Below, one piece after another: positions 56,351 to 64,000 of a stretch of 64,000 nucleotides of DNA. Source of the DNA: Novakomyces olei (lineage: Eukaryota); contig JADEYG010000003.1 in the NCBI GenBank assembly GCA_016906335.1, positions 806,001 through 870,000 on the forward strand, given 5' to 3'. Below the pieces are notes generated by a model. It saw only the letters and a list, made by a program, of their open reading frames with translations. It did no database searches and had not been told where the DNA came from. How positions within the stretch are numbered: the stretch's first letter is position 1; the number at the start of each line of letters is the position of its first letter. A program made the translations under genes and the position numbers.

Positions 56351-57763
56351 TTATTTTGCAACACGAATAACGACCTTCCCTATGCCTCCATGTCCGCTAT
56401 ATACGATCTGGCAAGCTTTTCGCACAGCTTCAATGTCCCCAAGATCGGCAACTGTGCCTACGACGGTAGTGAGCTTGCCCTCGTCCACAAACTTTCTCAA
56501 GGAGTCTAAATCTGAACCATTCGATTCCAGAAACATGTAGGAATAATCGGTTCGATAGCGTCGTGCTCTAAATTTGCGGACCGAGTCCATTAAATTGAGC
56601 ATGAGACGAAAAGCATAGGGTAGGGAAGGATTGTGAGGCAATTCCATAATTGAAGAAGCTTGAAGCTGGTCACCCGAGGGTGTCGTTGAGATGGAAACGA
56701 TACGACTTGTTTCCGGTTTCATTAGACAAAGGTACGGCATGGAGGAGCCAATTGTATCAAAAAGAAAATCAACTGAGCCATGCTCAATGACGTCTCTTGG
56801 ATCTGATTTGGTATAATCGATAACTGTGCAATTAGAAATTTGATAAAAATTGAAAGAAACGTGTTGATTAAAAATGCAATAAAGGCATCCATTGCAAAAA
56901 GAAGTACTGATGACTGGAGGAAAATCCAAACTTGATGACTGGAGGAAAATCCAAACTTAATAATGGGTAATCACTCACTCTGATCCACAACAGCAGCTCC
57001 AAGAAGCTCTTTTAATTTGGGTATTTTTGATGTTGAAACCGTAGTAATAACTCGGCCGGCGTGGAAAACATTTTTTGCTAATTGGCAGGCAAAAAGACCT
57101 GTCCCACTCACTGCCAAGTCAATTTAGCGTTTCATTGATCACATACGTCCAGCAGGAACAAAAACCGTTTTCGCTGCTAAATCGCCATTGTATTTTTCTA
57201 GTGCCTGAAAGGCTGTCATTGCCGCCAACGGAATGGACGCGGCCTCCTCAAAAGACAGCGATGACGGTTTAAGGCTTATATAATTATCGGCACAAACAGC
57301 ATATTCACTGCAAGATCCTAGTAAAAGCAAAAGCATTAATAATAATTAATAGCAAAGAGAATTTAAAAAACTAAAAACATATCTCGGCGTACCTCGCGAA
57401 ACCTCCGGCAGCCTGACATAAACGGCGTCTCCATTCTTAAACTTTGTTACGTCATGTCCGACTTGTTCAACAACACCAGCGCAATCATATCCAATCTTGT
57501 ACGGGAACCTTATCGTTAGCTTGTAAAATAAAAAATAAATAAATAAATTTAAATGCACATATCTAATTGGGCCAAAACGCAACTCACCTGTCCTTGAGGA
57601 CCAACTTGAGCACACCATCGGCCTTTTTCACGTCAATTGGATTCATGCTGGCTGCGTGTACTTTTACAAGCACATCCTTAGAGTCTTCAATTTTCGGCTT
57701 GGGCAAGTCTGAAACGCGATATCCCGAAGGATCCGTGTAAGACTCGATATTGAGCGACAGCAT
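56351..57763 (-). CDS. NADP-dependent medium-chain dehydrogenase/reductase (zinc-independent quinone/enoyl reductase-like); 4 introns
   Basis: VLVKVHAASMNPIDVK, IGYDCAGVV, EEAASIPLAAMTAFQAL, VPAG|LSGTG and GKVVI. Confidence 0.85.
56908..56957. repeat. Perfect 25-bp tandem duplication (TGATGACTGGAGGAAAATCCAAACT)x2 in an MDR intron
   Basis: Directly visible. Confidence 0.9.
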
Positions 57764-58171
57764 CGCTGATCGCTGCCAGTGTAGCTATCGATTTGCGTAC
57801 GCCGATAATGTATGGCTAAACGGGTACCGACGTCGCTTGTATTAATTTAAAGCATAAATTATAATTAATTTATAATTAATTTATAGCTTAATACAAGCTG
57901 TCGCTTAATACTTGCCAAAGCAATGTCAAATATTCGTATGACATCATTGCGGAGTCAAAATAATAATGGCTTTAGCCCTGCGGCAGTCTGAATTTGCGTC
58001 GATCAAATTGAAAGCCGCGGTGCACGAGTCTGAATCCGTTATCTCTGTTCTCGAGTGAGTATCTCCCTGCAAAGAGCGGTCTTGTTACGTGGGAGTGCCA
58101 ATTACTATTGGGTTCCGTTTTATTGTGGCGACTAGGGTTGTGTGACGAGTCTACTATATCAATTGGCAAGT

Positions 58172-59002
58172 ATGTCGTACCTGAAGCTGCGTGATGGCGC
58201 TGAGCTCTTTTACAAAGACTGGGGAAGCAAGGACGGTGACATCATCACCTTCTCCCACGGATGGCCTTTGAGCAGCGACAATTGGGAGAATCAAATGTTC
58301 TTTTTCGCCGATCAGGGCTACCGTGTGATCGCGCACGATCGGCGCGGCCATGGCCGATCAACACAGACGTGGCACGGAAACTGTATGGACACGTTTGCCG
58401 ATGATCTTGAAGAGCTTTTTGACTATCTTGGAGTACAAAAGGCAGTAATGGTGGGACACTCCCACGGCGGAGGCGAGGTCGCACACTACTTGGGCAAGCA
58501 TGGAACACGCCGCTTCAAGAAAGCCGTCATTGTCTCTGGCGTGCCGCCACTGCTGTTGAAGACGTCAAGTAATGAGCAGGGCCTAGAGAAATCTGTGTTT
58601 GACTCCTTCAGGGACTCTATGAAGAAAGACCGAGCCCAGTTCTTTCTTGATGTTGCTTCTGGACCTTTCTTTGGATTTAATAGGCCCGGGGCACAAAAGA
58701 GCGAAGGCCAGATTCGAAGCTGGTGGCAGCAGGGAATGAATACAAGCTTTAAATCGGCCTACGATTGTATCAAAGACTTCTCAGAGACAGATTTCTCGGG
58801 GGATCTTAAAAGTATAGTCATTCCTGTGCTTGTCATTCACGGCGACGACGATCAGATCGTTCCGATCGCTCCAACCGCTTTGAAATCTGCCAAGCTTCTT
58901 CCGAAGGGAGAACTCAAAGTATATCCGGGAGGTTCTCACGCGCTTCACAACGTCAACATTGACGCGATCAATAAAGATTTGCTCAATTTTGTCAAAGCTT
59001 GA
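58172..59002 (+). CDS. Non-heme haloperoxidase/perhydrolase-type alpha/beta hydrolase (Cpo-like), intronless
   Basis: LFYKDWG, FSHGWPLSSD, HDRRGHGRS, nucleophile GHSHGG, acid HGDDDQIVP and His YPGGSH. Confidence 0.9.
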   Translation: MSYLKLRDGAELFYKDWGSKDGDIITFSHGWPLSSDNWENQMFFFADQGYRVIAHDRRGHGRSTQTWHGNCMDTFADDLEELFDYLGVQKAVMVGHSHGGGEVAHYLGKHGTRRFKKAVIVSGVPPLLLKTSSNEQGLEKSVFDSFRDSMKKDRAQFFLDVASGPFFGFNRPGAQKSEGQIRSWWQQGMNTSFKSAYDCIKDFSETDFSGDLKSIVIPVLVIHGDDDQIVPIAPTALKSAKLLPKGELKVYPGGSHALHNVNIDAINKDLLNFVKA

Positions 59003-59638
59003 GTGAGATTTATGGGTTTTGGTTCTTGTACTTTTTAGCGCTATGGTTTCGTTTTGGCTTTTGCTGGGTAGCAAAGGTTTGGGTTACCTTTGTATTTATA
59101 ATTTTTATTTATAACAAAGTCTAGATCTGGTCGGAACTGAGAGATAGCTGCTTCAAGAAAAGGTCCATTCTGTCCAGGGTGCTTATTTTATTAGCCACGG
59201 CGAGAAAGCCATGCTGTACTCTTAACGTTTTAGTTTGCTGAATCGACCTTGAAGTCTTTGTGTTTAGAATTAAGTCGGCCTTTCTGCGCATTTTATGGAA
59301 ACTCTTGCAGTTTGTTTACGTACGTGGGGAGCCAACACTTTCATTCGCTTTTGGCAGCAGCGTGTTTATCTATTTTCTTTGCTAATCGCTCTTTTTTATC
59401 GTTAGCGACACTTTTAACGATTCTAACTTATTACTTGTATTAAATGGCAAGTAATAAGCGAGACCTTGTATGGTCGGTTACTCAGACAAGTATTTAACTT
59501 TGTATAGGCATAAATTACTATCGGTATTTAGTCTATAATTTGTACAACAGATATATTATAATCATTCTATAATTTAGTGTCTAAATCTCCAGAAAAGTGA
59601 ATAATAGAAGCGCAAACGGAAATCGCGTCCCCGCGTTC

Positions 59639-60967
59639 CTACGCGGCGGCCTTCTCTCGCAGCATTGCGTCATAGCGCAATACCGCTCCAAGTAAGGTCT
59701 GTGCGCCCATAAAGCAGTCTTCTGGTGAGGAGTACTCGTTCGGGTTATGGGATATTCCGTCTTTGCAGCGGCACATGACCATTGCTGTTGGGCAAACGTT
59801 ATTGGTCCAAGAGCTGTCGTGCACAGTATGGCTCACCAAGTCCAGTGTGGAGAAGCCTTGAGCTTGAGCCGACTCCCGGAAGTAGTCTGCAATACTTGCG
59901 TCATAGTCAAAGGGATCAATGTCCAAGATTTGGTTCAGTGAGAGCTCTAGTTTTTCGTCTTCGGCTATCTTTGTAACGGCACTCAGGATATCGCTTTCCT
60001 GTGCTTTCAAACGGGTCAGATCCTCGTTTTGAACGGAAAACAAAAACTCCACTACTCCAGGGATATTGCACCCCGACTTGGGGTACGAATTGAAAATAGT
60101 CACTGTCCCGAATCCATCGTTTTTAATGGAAAGCTCATTAACGGCTTGCACGATTTTTGATGCCCCCAATAGAGCATCGCGACGCCGGTCCATCGGAGTC
60201 GTATCGGTGTGTCGGCTGAACCCTACCAATTTGACCCGAAACCAATGATTGCCTTGGTTACCGACTACAATCCCAATCTGCTTGCCGGCCGTTTCGATTC
60301 TTGTTCCCTGTTCGATATGCAGCTCAAAATGGGCACTGAGCGGGTTTGCAACATGACTTGCCAAAGTGTCACCAAGAAACCCGGTAGACTCGAGCGCTTT
60401 TTGCAGGGTTAAAGTTGGCGTTTCTGTATCGAAGCATTTGAAGGCTGCTTCTGGTGTCATCGCCCCACACCAGACACCAGAGGCTAAACAGGCTGGAGCG
60501 AAACGCGATCCTTCTTCGCCAGTCCAGTTTATCACGGCAATTGGTGCGTAATTTTTGTAGCCTGCTTTTTTCATTGCTTTGACGGATTCGATAGCGGTGA
60601 GCACTCCGAGGGGACCGTCGAACCGGCCGCCACATGGAACGGAATCGAGATGGCTGCCGATACCAATTGGTGCCAAATCGTTGTTTTCTCCTGGTAGAAT
60701 GGCCCATTGTGATCCAACTTGATCCACTCGGTAGCTCAGCCCGAGGCCGGTTACAGTCTCCTTGAACCAATTTCTGATTTTAACATCATTTTCATCGAGC
60801 GCCAAACGATGGATGCCGCCGTCGGGTGTTGCGCCTGCAATCATAGCTGTCTCATGGATTTTGTTATACAGGGCATCTTTGTCTATTGTGACGCTGCTGC
60901 TGAAGCGGACAAGCTTTTGTTTGTTTTGCGCTAGGGCCGATCGCAAAGTGCCAACAACGGTACGCAT
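59639..60967 (-). CDS. M20 Zn-dependent amidohydrolase (hydantoinase/carbamoylase, beta-ureidopropionase/allantoate amidohydrolase-like), intronless
   Basis: GSHLDSVPCGGRFDG, NWTGEEGSRF, HFELHIEQG and GISHNPNE metal-binding motifs. Confidence 0.9.
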   Translation of the reverse strand: MRTVVGTLRSALAQNKQKLVRFSSSVTIDKDALYNKIHETAMIAGATPDGGIHRLALDENDVKIRNWFKETVTGLGLSYRVDQVGSQWAILPGENNDLAPIGIGSHLDSVPCGGRFDGPLGVLTAIESVKAMKKAGYKNYAPIAVINWTGEEGSRFAPACLASGVWCGAMTPEAAFKCFDTETPTLTLQKALESTGFLGDTLASHVANPLSAHFELHIEQGTRIETAGKQIGIVVGNQGNHWFRVKLVGFSRHTDTTPMDRRRDALLGASKIVQAVNELSIKNDGFGTVTIFNSYPKSGCNIPGVVEFLFSVQNEDLTRLKAQESDILSAVTKIAEDEKLELSLNQILDIDPFDYDASIADYFRESAQAQGFSTLDLVSHTVHDSSWTNNVCPTAMVMCRCKDGISHNPNEYSSPEDCFMGAQTLLGAVLRYDAMLREKAAA

Positions 60968-61558
60968 TTTAATTGGATTTATCTTTTTGACAAACGATCT
61001 CTGACTTTGTCAAATTGGCTGATAATTTTCACGGCTCAGGCTCTTTAAACTTTACTAAAGTTTGTCAAATTGTTCACTATTTCATAATTGGAACATGCGG
61101 GCGGGTTTTAAAGGACGCCAGCTTGGCTCAATTTTAAGACAATATCCGACTCTTTTCGGAACCTCAATTCGTGGGCAGTTACCCACTGTGGCTGAGCTTT
61201 CTGGCTTTGATTGATTCAGCACTTATCATCCTTCAATGTCGTCCAGCTTTGCGGAATACCGACTGCATCCCACATAAGAACGACTCCAAATCCTCACCTG
61301 CCGTTTTGGGAAGCGACTCCAACTTGAGATAAGATTATCATGATAAGAAAGTGGATAAAAATCTCAAGCTTCGGCTCTGAATTTCGCTACATTAACTGTC
61401 TTATCTGGTTTGATAACTGCTCGATATTTTGGAGTCTTTAAATTAAGAAGGCTTCGACTGGACTTTGTTCACTTGTACAATTTGCCGCGAACCTATTATT
61501 CATCTAAACAAGGTTCATTCCGCTCCTGTGAATCAGATTCAACGCTCAAGTGGACAAT
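60968..61558. promoter_or_regulatory. Bidirectional promoter with clustered GATAA (GATA-factor/nitrogen catabolite repression-type) sites
   Basis: GATAA on either strand at ~61021, 61222, 61328, 61335, 61342, 61354, 61400 and 61412. Confidence 0.7.
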
Positions 61559-63696
61559 ATGCCTGAGACGGTGATTCCGCAGGCCCAAGGCTGGGGTCTA
61601 TTGATTGGTTTTTCGGCTTTGTTTATATTGATAATCGTACGTGGTGCTTCTGTGGCTAATGGCTAATGGTCTAGGTTTTGGTATCGTGGTTGCTCAATCG
61701 TTATACTGTAGAGATGCGGTCGGCTGAGCACTTCAATACAGCCTCTCGTTCTGTTAAAGCGGGACTGATTGCTTGTGCAGTCACTAGGTAATTAAATTCA
61801 TTCGGGGTTTTGCACTGTTTGCTTATTATTCAAGCTCTTGGACCTGGGCAGCTACTCTGCTACAGAGTACGACTTTAACGTATCAATTTGGAGTCAGTGG
61901 AGCCGTGCACTATGCTACGGGAGCAACCATACAAATTTTACTGTTCTCTATTCTCGCTGTTGATCTCAAACGCCGAGCTCCTTCTTGCCATACTTTTGTC
62001 GAGATTGTCAAGGTCCGATATGGGAAGGTTGCTCATTTAATCTACCTCTTTTTCGGTCTATGTAAGTCAAATTGGCATATGTAATCTCCAGCATTCCCTG
62101 ACCAAAATAGTGACAAACGGCCTTGTGTCAAGTATGCTTATTGTCGGTGGAGGCGCTGTGGTAAACGCTCTCACTGAAATCCATCCTGTTGCATGCATGT
62201 TTTTGCTGCCGCTAAGCGTACTCGGCTTTACGGGTCATGCGGGCTTGCACAGCACATTCATCGTTGATTATGCTCATACAACTTGCGTAATTATTATTGC
62301 TATGTACTTTTGCTTTAAAGCCTATTTCACTGGCGATGCTATCGGTTCAATAGACCGGCTGTATGATGGACTGGTGCGGGCAGGCCAACTCAAGCCTGTC
62401 ACTGGCAACGCTCAAGGCTCTTATTTGACAATGCGATCGTTGCAAGGCGGTCAGTTTTTGGGGATCCAAATAATTGCTGGCTTTGCTACCGTATTCGTGG
62501 ATCAGGGCTACTGGACAAAAGCGATAAGTAGCACCTCCAGTGCTGCCCTCAAAGGTTATCTCTTGGGTGGGCTAGCGTGGACGGGCTTACCGTATGCGGT
62601 AGGCACTGTTTTCGGGCTGAGCGCGCTTTGTCTCGAACGTACTGAGCTATGGCCCACGTATCCTCGGCTAATGACGGCGGAAGAAGTAACTGCCGGACTC
62701 ACATTGCCGTACGCGGCAGCAGCGTTACTTGGAAAAGGAGGAGCAATAGGCGCGTTTGTGCTGTTATTTGGTGCGGTTACCTCTGCCTTTTCTGCGCAAC
62801 TGATTAGTGTATCGTCACTGGTCACATATGACGTGTACGCAACGTACATTAATCGCAGTGCTAGTGATAAGCAGTTACGGCTCGTGTCGCGTGGAGCTGC
62901 CACGGCATGGACACTTTTTATTGCCGGGATTGCCTGTCTGTTTTTCTATATTAATGCCACTGTGGGCTTTTTATATTACTTGATGGGTGTCCTGATGGGC
63001 TCTTGTGTGCTCAGTATTACCCTACTGTGCATGTGGAAGGGTCAAAATAAACAGAGTGCAATTTTGAGTCCAATTATTGGGCTGGCCTCGGGAGTTATTG
63101 TATGGCTGGTTGAGACAAAGGCAAGGTACGGGGCCCTGCATGAGGATACACTGGACCAGCTCTGGCCCTCATTGGCGGGATGCATTACCAGTATGTTTAC
63201 GCCCGTACTCGTAACTCTTATTTGCACGCTAGTATGGGGGGTCGCCAAATTTGATTGGGCAGACTTGAATGAAAAAATTGAGCAATCACAAGAGTTCCGT
63301 CGGTACAATGAGGAAGTTGAACAAGAATTTCATTCTCAAAAGCTTACTGCTGAGGAAAGTGCTCATTTAGCCAAAGCGAGTCGTCGTGCAAAATGGTTGG
63401 CTCTTATCTTTGCATTTGGTCTGCTCGTAATTTGGACAGTTCCGCTTTATGCTTCGAGTTATATATTTACTAAACCTTTTCTCACCAGCTGGGTTGTTAT
63501 AAGTATTATTTGGCTCTTTTGCAGCGCTGGTATGGTCGTATTGTACCCAATATACGACGGCCGCCAAAGCCTTTTGGGAGTTTATAGAGGCATTTGCAAT
63601 GATTTGAATTTTGGGCACAAGTCTGAGTTTATTGAAGGGCAAGATGTTGTTGAACCGGAGAGCCGTATCGAAGTCGATGCCGATGAAAAGAATTGA
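61559..63696 (+). CDS. DUR3: Urea/polyamine active transporter, sodium:solute symporter family (Dur3/UreA-like); 3 introns
   Basis: Spliced FNTASRSVKAGL, SSWTWAATLLQS, KRRAPSCHTFVEIVKVRYG, GNAQGSYLTM, SAQLISVSSLVTYDVY and many TM helices. Confidence 0.88.
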
Positions 63697-64000
63697 TTAG
63701 ATTGGATTAGTAATTGATCAAATTTTAGTACTTTTGAGTGGATTGTCGTCTAAATTATTTAGTTGTCTAACTTGGTTCTATCCTAGTTGAGGATACAAAG
63801 TCCTCTCGTAACACTTTGATCAGTGTCTCGCTCGCTACTCAAAACGTTTCAATTTGGCAAACCTCGGTATAATTTGCAAACAAGAATCTACAAAGTGAAA
63901 TGATAAGAAATGGCAACGATTTTTTAGAAGTATTTGAGTGGGATATCAATCAAAAGTAGTCAATTACTCGACTTACGAGCCATAATTTTCAATGCGTACA

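Noticed and set aside
56908-56957. TGATGA (box C-like) motifs suggesting an intronic C/D snoRNA
   Set aside because: They lie antisense to the host MDR gene, lack a suitable D box and terminal stem, and are explained by a 25-bp duplication.
63780-64000. Possible 3' end of another minus-strand gene (GTAAGT donor near 63975)
   Set aside because: Too little sequence to establish a frame or homology.

Overview
Gene-dense segment of a compact fungal (ascomycete) genome. It uses the standard code: CTG is Leu at conserved positions such as the RPN10 start MVLE. There are many very short GT-AG introns with CTAAY branch points. The gene set (ish1-like, cdc15/imp2-like) resembles an early-diverging or Taphrinomycotina-type yeast, but the taxon is inferred. 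Positions ~0.7-56 kb hold about 22 mostly conserved housekeeping genes: RTF2, SPT20, UTP13, ETF-QO, NST1, FCP1, mitochondrial TyrRS, RRN10-like, GDS1-like, TBP, RPN10, NOT1, an F-BAR/SH3 protein, an SDR, SmG, PRP3, NDC80, NCBP3-like, REX2 and ish1-like. AT-rich tandem-repeat expansions are frequent in introns, intergenic regions and even coding sequence. Promoters carry recurrent telomere-like AACCCTAA boxes in a consistent orientation and a CAGAAAACCC motif. Positions 56.3-63.7 kb are an accessory catabolic block of two divergent pairs: an MDR oxidoreductase with a bacterial-type non-heme haloperoxidase-like hydrolase, and an M20 amidohydrolase with a DUR3-family transporter sharing a GATA-rich promoter. 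The amidohydrolase keeps its metal ligands but appears to have lost the canonical substrate-carboxylate-binding residues. This is the best candidate here for an undescribed nitrogen-scavenging pathway. Exon boundaries were derived by hand; no database searches were run.
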